DNA of 64,000 nucleotides from positions 20,112-84,111 of the forward strand of contig JADBJK010000059.1 in NCBI GenBank assembly GCA_014874485.1, given 5' to 3'. Each line of letters starts with the position of its first letter. Position 1 is the stretch's first letter. The DNA comes from Chloroflexota bacterium (GTDB lineage Bacteria > Chloroflexota > Anaerolineae > DTLA01). Shown here piece after piece: positions 13,192-23,406 of this stretch. Both the position numbers and the translations under genes were made by a program. A model generated the notes under the pieces. The model saw only the letters and a list, made by a program, of their open reading frames with translations, was not told the DNA's origin and ran no database searches.

Positions 13192-14637
13192 CTAGAACCC
13201 CACCAGGGGGCGTATGGCCGCCTGGATGAATTCCAGCAGCGGCGTGGGGTACACGCCCAGGAAAACCGTCGCCAGGGCAGTGAGGGCCACCACGAAGCCC
13301 AGCGGTGCCGACACGTGCACGGGGGCCGCGTCCGCCCGCGCCTCGCCGAAGAACATCCGCGCCGCCACGCGCAGATAGTAGTACGCCGAGATGACCGCGT
13401 TGACAATCGCAACGGCGGCCAGCCAGGCGTACCCTTCCACCACCGCCGCGGAGAACACGTACAGTTTCGCGAGGAACCCCGCGGTCAGTGGGATGCCCGC
13501 CAGCGCCAGCATGAACAGCGCCATGGCCAGGGCCAGACCAGGCTTGCGGCGAATCAGGCCCGTGTAGTCGTCCAGGCCCTCGTTGGGCTCGCCCTTGCGC
13601 CCCATCGCCATGACCACCGCGAACGCGCCCACGTTCATCAGGGTGTAGCAGATGAGGTAGAACAGCACGCTGGCGTACCCCGTGCGGGCCGCCACTGCCA
13701 CGCCGATGACGATGTACCCCGCGTGGGCGATGGACGAGTAGGCCAACATGCGCTTGACGCTCCGCTGGCCCAGTGCCGCCATGTTGCCCCACGACATGGT
13801 GAGCACGGCGATGACCGCCAGCGCCCAGCCCCACTCCGTCCGCCAGTAGGGGAAGGCGGTCTCCAGGATGCGGATGAGCGCGACGAACCCCGCCGCCTTC
13901 GCGCCCGCCGACATGAACGCCGTTACCAGCGACGGCGCGCCTTCGTACACGTCGGGCGTCCACATTTGGAACGGGACGAGGGCCACTTTGAACGCGAACC
14001 CGATGAGCAAGAAGACCAGGCCCGCGGCCAGCAGCGGAGCCTCCCGCAACGTGCTCAGCGACGCGCCCTGCGCCGCGACCCCGGCCAGCGAGAACGTCCC
14101 CGTGGCCCCGTAAATCATGGCGATGCCGAACAGGAGAAAGGCCGACGCGAACCCGCCCAGGATGAAGTACTTCATGCCCGCTTCCAGCGAGCGCCACTCA
14201 TCCCGCTCCGACGCGGTGAGAACGTACAACGCGATGGACAGGATTTCCAGCGCCAGGAACACCGCCACCAGGTTGACCGCCGAGCCGAGGAGCATCATGC
14301 CGAGCGTGGCGATGAGAATGAGCACGAAGACCTCGGCGGGCAGGTCAAACCGCCGCACGGCTTCCAGCCCCATGAGGATGGCGAGGCCGGCCGCCAACAG
14401 GAACACCAAATTGGCGAAGAGGCCGTAGCCGTCCGCCGCGACCATGCCCTGGAAGGTGAGCGCTGTGTCTCCCCAGTAGTAAAGCGAGGCCGCGCCCGCA
14501 AGGACGACCCCCGCCAGCGCCAGCCAGCCCATCAGCGTTGTGCTCCGCTTGCTGCCCAAGGCGTAGATGAACAGGGTGATGAGCACGAACGCCAGGATGA
14601 TCGCTTCCGGAGCGAGAACCTGAAGATCAATCGCCAT
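13192..14637 (-). CDS. nuoN: NADH-quinone oxidoreductase subunit N
   Basis: ORF 13192..14655, with MAIDLQVLAPEAIIL the likely start. It is a polytopic antiporter-like subunit and the last gene of the nuo operon. Confidence 0.9.
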   Translation of the reverse strand: MAIDLQVLAPEAIILAFVLITLFIYALGSKRSTTLMGWLALAGVVLAGAASLYYWGDTALTFQGMVAADGYGLFANLVFLLAAGLAILMGLEAVRRFDLPAEVFVLILIATLGMMLLGSAVNLVAVFLALEILSIALYVLTASERDEWRSLEAGMKYFILGGFASAFLLFGIAMIYGATGTFSLAGVAAQGASLSTLREAPLLAAGLVFLLIGFAFKVALVPFQMWTPDVYEGAPSLVTAFMSAGAKAAGFVALIRILETAFPYWRTEWGWALAVIAVLTMSWGNMAALGQRSVKRMLAYSSIAHAGYIVIGVAVAARTGYASVLFYLICYTLMNVGAFAVVMAMGRKGEPNEGLDDYTGLIRRKPGLALAMALFMLALAGIPLTAGFLAKLYVFSAAVVEGYAWLAAVAIVNAVISAYYYLRVAARMFFGEARADAAPVHVSAPLGFVVALTALATVFLGVYPTPLLEFIQAAIRPLVGF

Positions 14638-14710
14638 GAACGTCTTCCTCCGCAATGAACATCGGAAGACCCCGGGAGCCTCGCCGACTCCCGAAGTCCG
14701 GACTAGTCCA

Positions 14711-16198
14711 TCAACGCGCCGCTACGGCCTTGACCACCGCTTCCACCGCGGGCACGATGATGCTGTACAGCAGGTTGGGCTGGACGCCGAACACCAGCGC
14801 CAGCAACAGCAACGGCGCTACGGTAACCTTCTCCAGCCCCGTCAGGTCGGCCAGGGCTTCGGGCTTCGCCGCGCCCTGCATGACGCGCTGGAACAGCGTC
14901 AGCATGTACCACGCGCCGAAGATCATGCCCAGCGCGCCCAGGACGGCGAGGGCCTTCTGCGCCTTGAACACGCCCAGCAGGAGCACGAACTCGCCCGCGA
15001 AGGCGTTCAGCCCGGGCAGGCCCACCGACGCCAGCACCGCGATGAGCAGGAAGAACCCCATCACAGGCGCGGCCTTCCACACGCCGCCAAACGCCGCGAT
15101 GTCGCGGGTTCCCTTGCGGGTCTCCAGCGCGCCCAGCAGCGCGAACAGCGCCGCGATGTAGATGCCGTGGCTCACCGACTGGAACACCGCGCCCGACATG
15201 GACTGGGCGTTCACCGCGAACAGGCCCAGCACGATGAGGGACACGTGCGCCAGACTGGAGTACGCCACCAGCCGCTTGAGGTCCGTCTGCACCAGCGCGA
15301 TGAGCGAGCCGTACAGGACGCCGATCACCGCCAGAATCTGGATGGTGGGGCCGAAGTACACCGCCGCGTCGCGGAACAGCGGAATCGCAAATCGGATGAA
15401 GCCGTATACGCCCATCTTGCCCAGGATGCCCGCCAGGAGAATCGTTACAGGCGTGGGGGCTTCCACGTAGGCGTCGGGCAGCCAGGTGTGGAACGGCACG
15501 ACCGGCGCTTTCACGGCGAAGGCCAGGGCGAAGGCTCCGAACAGCGCCAACTGGGTGTACCACGGGATGCGCAGTCCGGCCAAGTCCGCCACGTTGAACG
15601 TCCACGCGCCGGTGGCCGAATAGACCACGTACCCCAGCGCCAGGATGGCCACGAGCATCAGGGCCGAGCCCGCCATGGTGTAGATGAAGAACTTGGTGGC
15701 GGCCCGCACCCGCTTCGCGCCGCCCCACCGGCCGATGAGGAAGAAGGCCGGAACCAGCATCACTTCCCAGAAGACGTAGAACAGCACCAAGTCCAGCGCC
15801 GTGAACACGCCCAGCACGCCCGTCTCCATGAACAGCAGGAGCGCGAAGTAGCCGCGCATCCCCTCGGACCGGAGCAGCCGCCACGAGGTCAGCACCGCCA
15901 CGACGAACAGCAGCGCGGCCAGAATCACCAGGAACAGGCTGATGCCGTCCACCCCCAGCGCGTACTCAACCCCGAACTGGGGAATCCACGCGGCCCTGTC
16001 CACGAACTGGTAGCCCGCCTCGCCAGAGCGGAAGAAGGCCCACAGGAGCAGCGTCCCGACGAAGGTCAACGCGGTGAAGCCCAGCGCCACAACCTTGACG
16101 GCCTTCACCTGCTCGCGGCGGAACGCATAGACCAGGATCGCGCCCAGCAGGGGCAGCCACACCACCAGCGTCAGAAGGGGAAAACCCATTTGATTCAT
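14711..16198 (-). CDS. nuoM: NADH-quinone oxidoreductase subunit M
   Basis: 495-aa antiporter-like membrane protein (WLPDAYVEAPTPVTILLAGILGKMG) in the conserved operon position. Confidence 0.9.
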   Translation of the reverse strand: MNQMGFPLLTLVVWLPLLGAILVYAFRREQVKAVKVVALGFTALTFVGTLLLWAFFRSGEAGYQFVDRAAWIPQFGVEYALGVDGISLFLVILAALLFVVAVLTSWRLLRSEGMRGYFALLLFMETGVLGVFTALDLVLFYVFWEVMLVPAFFLIGRWGGAKRVRAATKFFIYTMAGSALMLVAILALGYVVYSATGAWTFNVADLAGLRIPWYTQLALFGAFALAFAVKAPVVPFHTWLPDAYVEAPTPVTILLAGILGKMGVYGFIRFAIPLFRDAAVYFGPTIQILAVIGVLYGSLIALVQTDLKRLVAYSSLAHVSLIVLGLFAVNAQSMSGAVFQSVSHGIYIAALFALLGALETRKGTRDIAAFGGVWKAAPVMGFFLLIAVLASVGLPGLNAFAGEFVLLLGVFKAQKALAVLGALGMIFGAWYMLTLFQRVMQGAAKPEALADLTGLEKVTVAPLLLLALVFGVQPNLLYSIIVPAVEAVVKAVAAR

Positions 16199-16282
16199 CT
16201 TCGCTGAGTCTCCTTGGTAACTGTCTTTGCGAGCGTTCAGCCATCCGCCACTTCCGTGGCTGACCGCTGATTGCCGACCGCT

Positions 16283-18199
16283 TTATCTCACCAATGCGTA
16301 CGCCAGCAGCAACACCGCGCCCACCAGAATGCCCAGGGCGTAGTTGCGGGCCAGGCCCGTCTGGAGCACCTGCAGCCCGCGCCCGATGAGCGCCACCAGC
16401 GCCGCGATGCCTTCCGCGATGCCGTCCACCACGGGGCCATCCACGCTCTCGGCGAAGAACTTCCCAACGGCGCGCAGCGGCTTGACGATGACCGCCATGT
16501 AGAACTCGTCCACCTTGTACTTGTTGTACACGAAGGTGTACAGCCCGCCCAGGCTCTTGGCGACGCGCGTGGGCAAGTCGGTGCGCCGCACGTAGACCAC
16601 GTAGGCCAGGCCGATGCCCGCCAGCGCGACGATGACGGACAGGATGAGCAAGGCCCACTCGGTGCCCGCCGACGCATGGGCCGTCTCGGCGATGGCCGCT
16701 TCGGGCGTGTGCCAGCCCAGGCTCCCGTCCAGGTAGTGCTCAATCCAGTTGCCGCCGCCCAGAATCTTGGGCACGCCGATATAGCCTGCGATAACCGAGA
16801 AGAGCGCCAGGAACGCCATCGGCACCGTCATCACCTTGGGCGACTCGTGGACGTGCGCCGCGACCTTCTTGTCCACCCTGGACTCGCCGTAGAAGACGGT
16901 GAAGACCAGGCGGAAGATGTAGAAAGCGGTCAGGCCCGCCGTGAGCAGCGCCAACGCCCAGAGCAGGGTCTTGCCATTTGCGAAGGTCTGCCACAGGATT
17001 TCGTCCTTGCTGAAGAAGCCCGCCAGCCCAGGGAACCCCGCAATCGCCAGAGCCGCGATGAGGAACGTCCAGAACGTTACGGGAATCTTGTTCCGCAGGC
17101 CGCCCATCTTGCGGATGTCCAATTCGCCCGCCAGCGCGTGCATCACGCTCCCCGCGCCGAGGAACAACAGCGCCTTGAAGAAGGCGTGCGTCGTCAGGTG
17201 GAAGATGCCCGCCGCGTAGGCCCCCACGCCCACGCCCAGGAACATGTACCCCAACTGGCTGATGGTGGAGTAGGCCAGCACGCGCTTCAGGTCGTGCTGG
17301 GTCAGGGCGATGGTCGCGGCGAAGAAGGCGGTGATCCCGCCGATGGCCGCCACCCACGTGAGCGCCGTAGGCGACAGCGCGAACAGCGTGTGGGTACGGG
17401 CCACCATGTACACGCCCGCGGTAACCATGGTCGCCGCATGGATGAGGGCGCTCACGGGCGTTGGGCCTTCCATCGCGTCGGGCAACCAGACGTACAGCGG
17501 AATCTGCGCCGATTTGCCCACCGCGCCCACGAACAGGAGCAGCGCGATGGCCGTCGCCACGCCAGGCATGAGCCGCACCACCATGGCCTGCTCCAGCACC
17601 TGGCTCATGCTCAGCGAGCCGAAGGTAACGAACATGAGCATCAGGCCCAGGGCGAACCCCACATCGCCCACGCGGTTGACCAGAAACGCCTTCTTGCCCG
17701 CATCGGCCGCCGCCTTGCGCTCAAACCAGAACCCGATGAGCAGGTAGGAGCACAGGCCCACGCCTTCCCAGCCCACGTAGGTAACCAGCAGGTTCTCGGC
17801 CAGCACCAGCGTCAACATGGCGAAGACGAACAGATTGAGGTAGGCGAAGAAGCGGACGAACCGCTCGTCGTGCGCCATGTAGCCGATGGAGTAGATGTGG
17901 ATGAGGAAGGAGACGCCGCTGACCACCACCGCCATGACCGACGACAGGGGGTCTATGAGCAGTTTGACCTGCACGTTGAAGTCGCCGACAGAAATCCAGT
18001 CAAACAGCGGGCGCGTAACCACGCGGTCTTCCAGCCCCAGGAGTTCGGCGAACATCCAGACCGCGCCGATGAAAGACAGGCCCACCATGGCCGAGGCCAG
18101 GATGCCCGCGCCCCGCTTGCCCAGGTAGCGGCCGAAGAATGCGTTGATGATGACCCCCACGAGGGGGAATATCAGCACCAGCCAGGCGTAATTCAGCAT
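16283..18199 (-). CDS. nuoL: NADH-quinone oxidoreductase subunit L
   Basis: 638 aa with WLPDAMEGPTPVSALIHAATMVTAGVY. The C-terminal extension is typical of NuoL. Confidence 0.9.
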   Translation of the reverse strand: MLNYAWLVLIFPLVGVIINAFFGRYLGKRGAGILASAMVGLSFIGAVWMFAELLGLEDRVVTRPLFDWISVGDFNVQVKLLIDPLSSVMAVVVSGVSFLIHIYSIGYMAHDERFVRFFAYLNLFVFAMLTLVLAENLLVTYVGWEGVGLCSYLLIGFWFERKAAADAGKKAFLVNRVGDVGFALGLMLMFVTFGSLSMSQVLEQAMVVRLMPGVATAIALLLFVGAVGKSAQIPLYVWLPDAMEGPTPVSALIHAATMVTAGVYMVARTHTLFALSPTALTWVAAIGGITAFFAATIALTQHDLKRVLAYSTISQLGYMFLGVGVGAYAAGIFHLTTHAFFKALLFLGAGSVMHALAGELDIRKMGGLRNKIPVTFWTFLIAALAIAGFPGLAGFFSKDEILWQTFANGKTLLWALALLTAGLTAFYIFRLVFTVFYGESRVDKKVAAHVHESPKVMTVPMAFLALFSVIAGYIGVPKILGGGNWIEHYLDGSLGWHTPEAAIAETAHASAGTEWALLILSVIVALAGIGLAYVVYVRRTDLPTRVAKSLGGLYTFVYNKYKVDEFYMAVIVKPLRAVGKFFAESVDGPVVDGIAEGIAALVALIGRGLQVLQTGLARNYALGILVGAVLLLAYALVR

Positions 18200-18256
18200 G
18201 CGTTCCTCCCGCTCCGATGTTCCCTCATGCCTGATGTCGCTTCTGTCGCCCTGATC

Positions 18257-18304
18257 GCGGCGAAGGGCCTCGCCCTCCGAGATTCTTCGCGGCCCAGGAT
18301 GACA
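18257..18304. repeat. Family H1 repeat module inside the nuoK-nuoL spacer
   Basis: gcggcgaagggcctcgccctccgagattcttcgcggcccaggatgaca. The gagattcttcgcgg...atgaca module recurs elsewhere. Confidence 0.7.
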
Positions 18305-18313
18305 GGGTTGGTT

Positions 18314-18619
18314 CTACCCTCTCAACACGTTCATCTCGTCCGCGTCGGTGGTGGGGCGCTTGCGGTGCAGGGCGACCAGAATCGCCAGCCCGACCACCAC
18401 CTCGGCGGCGGCAATCGCCATCACGAACAGCACCAGCAATTGCCCGTCGGCCTGGTTCAAGTACCGCGCAAAGGCGATGAGCGACAGGTTCACCGCGTTG
18501 AGCATCATCTCCACGCACATGAAGATGACGAAGACGTTGCGGCGCACCAGCACCCCGATGCCCCCGATGGCGAACAGAATCGCGCTCAGAATGAAATAGT
18601 GAAGCGAAGAAAGCGTCAT
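18314..18619 (-). CDS. nuoK: NADH-quinone oxidoreductase subunit K
   Basis: 101 aa, three TM helices, AIAAAEVVVGLAILV motif. Confidence 0.9.
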   Translation of the reverse strand: MTLSSLHYFILSAILFAIGGIGVLVRRNVFVIFMCVEMMLNAVNLSLIAFARYLNQADGQLLVLFVMAIAAAEVVVGLAILVALHRKRPTTDADEMNVLRG

Positions 18620-18668
18620 CTCTTTCTCCTATCCGAAACCGAATCGCCCGCGACGGCGCGCGAGTTCG

Positions 18669-19169
18669 CTAAGCCTCCCGCTTGCGCTTCGCCAGCATGA
18701 CGACGGCGATCATCCCGATCAGGAACAGCACGCCCGCCATCCACAGCGGCAGCAGGTACTCCGAGAACAGCGTCAGCCCCAGGACGCGGACGTTGTCCTG
18801 CGGCGTGGCGGGCAAGGCCCCGTGGGGCATGGCCGCGCCCACCGCGACGTACACCAGCCCCGCCGCCAGCAGCACCGCCAGCGCGATGCCCGCGTACCGC
18901 TGGACGGGCTTCTTGTCCTGGCCCTCGCCCCGCGCCACCATGAGGAGCATGATGACGAACAGGAACATGACCACGATGGCGCCCGCGTACACGATGAACT
19001 GAATCAGCCCGACGAACGGGGCGTTCAGCATGATGTACAGCGCGCCCAGGGAGCAGAAGTTGATGAGCAGCCCCAGGGCGCTCCATGTGGCGTTCTTGCC
19101 CAGTATCACCCAGATGGCTCCGACGATGGCCGCGAGTCCGAAGCACGCGAAAAGGATGATCTCCAGCAT
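18669..19169 (-). CDS. nuoJ: NADH-quinone oxidoreductase subunit J
   Basis: 166-aa membrane protein in operon position between nuoI and nuoK. Confidence 0.85.
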   Translation of the reverse strand: MLEIILFACFGLAAIVGAIWVILGKNATWSALGLLINFCSLGALYIMLNAPFVGLIQFIVYAGAIVVMFLFVIMLLMVARGEGQDKKPVQRYAGIALAVLLAAGLVYVAVGAAMPHGALPATPQDNVRVLGLTLFSEYLLPLWMAGVLFLIGMIAVVMLAKRKREA

Positions 19170-19174
19170 GCCCT

Positions 19175-19645
19175 TCAGTCCTCCAGTATGATCGCGTGGG
19201 GTGTCGCGGGCTGGAGCAGTGTCTCCTTGCCCATGACCAAATCGCCGCGCGACGCCCGCGCCAGCGCGAACTCGTGCCCCAGTTTCAGCGCGCCAGTGGG
19301 GCAGGCTTCCTCGCAGAACCCGCAGAAGATGCAGCGGGTGTAGTTGATCTCATACAGGCGCGCGTAGCGCTCGGTGGCCGAGAACCGCGTGTCGTCGGTG
19401 TTCTCCGCCGCCTCCACGTAGATGGCGCGGGCCGGGCAGATGGCCGCGCACAGGCCGCACCCCACGCACAACTCTAGCCCGTCGGGGCGGCGTTGCAGTT
19501 CATGCCGCCCGCGGAAGCGCGGGTACAGGCGAATTTTCTCCTTTGGGTACTGGACGGTCAGCGGCTTGGTGAAGAAGTACTTCAGCGTAACCGCCATCGC
19601 CTTCAGGATTTGGTAGAATCCCTTGACCACATTGCCTATGGACAT
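19175..19645 (-). CDS. nuoI: NADH-quinone oxidoreductase subunit I (2x[4Fe-4S])
   Basis: CVGCGLCAAICP and CIFCGFCEEACP motifs. Confidence 0.9.
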   Translation of the reverse strand: MSIGNVVKGFYQILKAMAVTLKYFFTKPLTVQYPKEKIRLYPRFRGRHELQRRPDGLELCVGCGLCAAICPARAIYVEAAENTDDTRFSATERYARLYEINYTRCIFCGFCEEACPTGALKLGHEFALARASRGDLVMGKETLLQPATPHAIILED

Positions 19646-19686
19646 GCCCCACCTCTGTCAACGTGAGACGCTTGCATCCCACCGAT

Positions 19687-20685
19687 CTATCCGCGCAGGA
19701 TGAGCACGACCGCCGCCGTAACCAGCAGGTTCACCACGGCCAGCGGCGTCAGGAACTTCCAGCAGAAGTGCATCAGTTTGTCGTAGCGGGCGCGGGGCAG
19801 GCTCGCGCGCACCCACACGAACACGAACAGCATGACAGCCGTCTTGATGAAGAACCACAGCCACCCGGGCAGGATCGGCCCCTGCCAGCCGCCCAGGAAC
19901 AGCGTCGCGACGAGGGCGCTCACCACGATCATGTTGATGTACTCGGCCATGAAGAACAGGGCGAACTTGATGCCCCCGTACTCGGTGTTGTAGCCGGAGA
20001 TGAGTTCGTTCTCGGTCTCCGGGAAGTCAAAGGGCGAGCGGTTCGTCTCAGCCAAGCCGCAGATGAAGTAGATGAGGAACCCGATGGGCTGGAGCACGAT
20101 GAGGGGCAGCGCCGCCTGGTACTCCACGATGCCGCTCATCCGCAGCGTGCCCGTAACGATGACCAGCGAGACCAGCGACAGCGCCATCGGCAATTCGTAA
20201 CTGATGATCTGCGCCGTGGTGCGCAGCGCCCCCAGCAGGGAATAGTTGTTGTTGGACGACCACCCGCCCAGGACGATGCCGTAGGCCCCCAGCCCCGCCA
20301 CCGCCATGGGGTACAGCAGCCCCACGTTGATATCCGCCACCTGCAGCGTGATGGTGTGGCCTGCGATGACGATGGGGCGGCCGACGGGAATCACCGCGAA
20401 GGCCAGGATGGCGGGAACCATCGCCAGCACCGGGCACAGGACGTACAGCCACTTGTCCACGTGCTCCGGGATGACCTCCTCCTTGAAGATGGCCTTCAGC
20501 GCGTCGGCAATCGGCTGGAAGATGCCGAAAGGCCCTGCCTGATTGGGGCCGTAGCGGAGTTGGAACCGCGCGCAAATCTTCCGCTCGGCCAGCGTCATGT
20601 AGGCGAAGCCGACCAGCAACCCCAACGTTACCACGATGGCCTTGATAGCCGGGATGAGCAGCGTGTCTATCCAGTCCATGTGCAC
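19687..20685 (-). CDS. nuoH: NADH-quinone oxidoreductase subunit H
   Basis: 332 aa with ERKICARFQLRYGPNQAGPFGIFQPIADALK and SPFDFPETENELISGYNTEY. Confidence 0.9.
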   Translation of the reverse strand: MHMDWIDTLLIPAIKAIVVTLGLLVGFAYMTLAERKICARFQLRYGPNQAGPFGIFQPIADALKAIFKEEVIPEHVDKWLYVLCPVLAMVPAILAFAVIPVGRPIVIAGHTITLQVADINVGLLYPMAVAGLGAYGIVLGGWSSNNNYSLLGALRTTAQIISYELPMALSLVSLVIVTGTLRMSGIVEYQAALPLIVLQPIGFLIYFICGLAETNRSPFDFPETENELISGYNTEYGGIKFALFFMAEYINMIVVSALVATLFLGGWQGPILPGWLWFFIKTAVMLFVFVWVRASLPRARYDKLMHFCWKFLTPLAVVNLLVTAAVVLILRG

Positions 20686-20737
20686 TCCCCGAGTTCTTGC
20701 GATTCTATGAACGAGTTATCTAGGAAGAGTCCCTTCC

Positions 20738-20862
20738 CACCGCGGAGACCACAGAGACCGCCGAGATTTCCCCCTCTCTGCGCCCTCTGCGCCTCTGCGG
20801 TGAGCCTTCTGCAAATCTCCCCCACCGCTCTCTGCGTTCTCCGAGTCTCTGCGGCGAACCCT
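20738..20862. repeat. Family H2 repeats filling the nuoG-nuoH spacer
   Basis: ccaccgcggagaccacagagaccgccgag ... ctctctgcgccctctgcgcctctgcggtgag ... ctctctgcgttctccgagtctctgcggcgaac. The same motifs occur at 36.0-36.4 kb. Confidence 0.8.
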
Positions 20863-20863
20863 A

Positions 20864-23365
20864 TCACGCCCGCGACAGTTTCACATGCGTGGCCCTGTCG
20901 GGCGCTTCCAGCAGGGCCGCCACCGATTCTGTGCAAGCCCACACGCACCCGGGCGCCACCTCGTCCGTTACGCGGGCCTGGAGTTCCACAGCCCCCCGTG
21001 CCGACGCCACGCGCACCGCGTCTCCGGTCTTGATGCCGCGCCCTTCGGCGTCCTTCGGGTGAACCAGCAGCACATCGCCCCACAGGACCGGCGCGAGGGC
21101 AGGCGAGTAGCGCGCGGGGGTGGCGTTCGGGAACAGCGCCCGCCCCGCCGCCAGCGTCAGCGGGTAGCCTTCGGGCGCGACGGGATACTCCACGGCGAAC
21201 GGCGCAGGCTTGACCTTCTCCACCGCCGATTCCGGCTGCCAGCCCGCCGTCCCGATGGTCTCATAGGTGCACTCGCGGCACACGGCGACGCCCCGCGTGA
21301 TCTCGCGCCAGATTTCCGCCGCCGTCTCGTAGTCCCAGCGCGACTCGGCGCCGCGCTTCTTGTCCTTGCCCTGGGCCGCATCGGCCAAATCGGCGATGAC
21401 CTTCCACGCGGGACGGACGCCCTTGGGCGGGCACGCAGCCTGAGCCGCTCGCTGGAGCCGCCTGGTCAGGTTCAGGAACGTGCCATCGGTCTCCGACGGC
21501 GCAGCGGACGGCAAGACCACATCCGCCAATTCTGCCGTGGCCGTGAGGAACTGATCCACGACGACCAGGAACCGCAGGGTTCGCAGCGCCTCGGCTGCGG
21601 CCGGGTGCTCGCGGACCAGGTCGCTTTCCACCACGAGCATGGCCTGGACGAGTCCCTCGCGGCAGCCGGCCAGCATCTGGTGCAGGGCCAGCCCCTTGCG
21701 CGGCGACAGTCTGGCATCCCACCGCTTGCCGAAACTGTCGCGGGCCTTGGCGTCTTCCACGGACACGCCGCCAGGGTAACGATCCGGCGCCACGCCCATC
21801 AATAGCGCACCCCAGGCGTTGGGCTGCGGCGCGAGATAGCCCGCCTCGCCGCCGAGCAGGGCCACGAGGTCGCGCACCGGCGACAAATCCGCGCCGCTGC
21901 CGTAGAGCACCAGAGGGCTGCCCTTGGCGGCGAGAAAGTCGGCGGCCTGCTTCAGGGCCTGGACGCTGACGCCGGTGGCTTCGGCCACACGGTCGGGCGC
22001 GTGGTCCTTCGTCCACGTGGCAAGGTCGGCCTTGGCAGGGGTCTGCACGCGCTCGTCGCGGGCCAGCAGGTGCAGGAGCGCCGCCAGCACCGCCGATTCG
22101 GTCCCCGGCCTGCACCCCAGCCACACGCCGTAGCGGCTCACGACGGGCCGCTTGGGGCCGATGGCGACGACGCGGGTCCCCTTGGTCAGCGCGGCGCGGC
22201 GAATCCACAGGTCCACCATCGGCGCGTCGCCCAGCGGGTCCACGCCGAGGAGCACCACGACGCCCGCGCGGAGCGGCGCGGTAACCGACGAGAGCGGCGC
22301 GAATCCATCGGCGGGCCGCCCTGCGAAATCCACGTTGTTGGTGCCCACGGCGGCGCGCGCCCACTTCTGGAGCAGGTAGTTGGCCTCGTTGCTGGCGCGG
22401 GCCGAGCCGACCGCCGCCACCACGTCCGGGTTGGCGGTCTGGGCAATGTCCTGGATGCGCCGCGCGGCAAAGGCCAGCGCCTCGTCCCACGTGGCGGGCT
22501 GGAGTTGGCCGTCCTTGCGGATCAGCGGCGTCTTCAGGCGCTGGTCGCTGCGGACGTAGTCCTGACCGAAGCGCCCGCGGTCGCAGAGCCACTCGTCGTT
22601 CACATCCGGGTGCTCGCGGCCCACGGCACGCAGCAGTCGGTTGGCCCTGGCGTCCAGCGTCAGGTTGCACCCGACGCCGCACAGCGTGCAGATGCTGGGC
22701 GTCCGCTTCAACTCCCAACTGCGCGCCTTGAACCGGAAGGGGATGCTGGTCAGCGCGCCCACCGGGCACAGGTCAATGACGTTGCCCGAAAACGGCGACG
22801 TGAGCGGGCGGCCGTAGAACGTGTCCACGACGGTGTTGCGCCCGCGCTCAAAGGCGTCCAGTTCGGGGTCGCCCGGCCACTCCTCCAGGAAGCGGATGCA
22901 GCGGCGGCACAGGACGCACCGCTCCTCGTCCTTCATCACGAACGGGCCGAGCGGCCTGGCCTTGGCCTTGTGGCGCTTCTCCTCCGCGAAGCGGCTGACC
23001 GTCCCGCCGAACTGGAAAACCTGATCCTGCAGGTCGCACTCGCCGCCCTTGTCGCAGATGGGGCAGTCCAGCGGGTGGTTGGTGAGGAGGAACTCCAGCA
23101 TGCCCTGGCGCGTCTTGACGACCTCGGGCGTGTTGGTGTGGACGACCATGCCCTCCTGCACTTTGGTGGTGCAGGCCGTCTGGAGGCCGCGCATCTTCTC
23201 CACTTCCACCAGGCACATGCGGCACGCGCCGATGCCCACCAGTTTGGCGTAGTAGCAGAAGGTCGGGATGGGGATGCCCAGTTGCTTCGCCGCATCCAAG
23301 ATGGTGGTGCCTGCCCGGACGCTAACCTGTTGACCGTCTATCGTTACATTCACCAGAACTTCCAT
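20864..23365 (-). CDS. nuoG: NADH-quinone oxidoreductase subunit G (long, molybdopterin-oxidoreductase-like form)
   Basis: 833 aa. N-terminal 2Fe-2S fold (CYYAKLVGIGACRMCLVEV), HPLDCPICDKGGECDLQ, and 4Fe-4S CxxCxxC motifs, then an MopB-like domain. Confidence 0.9.
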   Translation of the reverse strand: MEVLVNVTIDGQQVSVRAGTTILDAAKQLGIPIPTFCYYAKLVGIGACRMCLVEVEKMRGLQTACTTKVQEGMVVHTNTPEVVKTRQGMLEFLLTNHPLDCPICDKGGECDLQDQVFQFGGTVSRFAEEKRHKAKARPLGPFVMKDEERCVLCRRCIRFLEEWPGDPELDAFERGRNTVVDTFYGRPLTSPFSGNVIDLCPVGALTSIPFRFKARSWELKRTPSICTLCGVGCNLTLDARANRLLRAVGREHPDVNDEWLCDRGRFGQDYVRSDQRLKTPLIRKDGQLQPATWDEALAFAARRIQDIAQTANPDVVAAVGSARASNEANYLLQKWARAAVGTNNVDFAGRPADGFAPLSSVTAPLRAGVVVLLGVDPLGDAPMVDLWIRRAALTKGTRVVAIGPKRPVVSRYGVWLGCRPGTESAVLAALLHLLARDERVQTPAKADLATWTKDHAPDRVAEATGVSVQALKQAADFLAAKGSPLVLYGSGADLSPVRDLVALLGGEAGYLAPQPNAWGALLMGVAPDRYPGGVSVEDAKARDSFGKRWDARLSPRKGLALHQMLAGCREGLVQAMLVVESDLVREHPAAAEALRTLRFLVVVDQFLTATAELADVVLPSAAPSETDGTFLNLTRRLQRAAQAACPPKGVRPAWKVIADLADAAQGKDKKRGAESRWDYETAAEIWREITRGVAVCRECTYETIGTAGWQPESAVEKVKPAPFAVEYPVAPEGYPLTLAAGRALFPNATPARYSPALAPVLWGDVLLVHPKDAEGRGIKTGDAVRVASARGAVELQARVTDEVAPGCVWACTESVAALLEAPDRATHVKLSRA

Positions 23366-23406
23366 GCAGCGCCTACCTCATTGGTGTAGAAACGCGGGTA
23401 TGCTTG

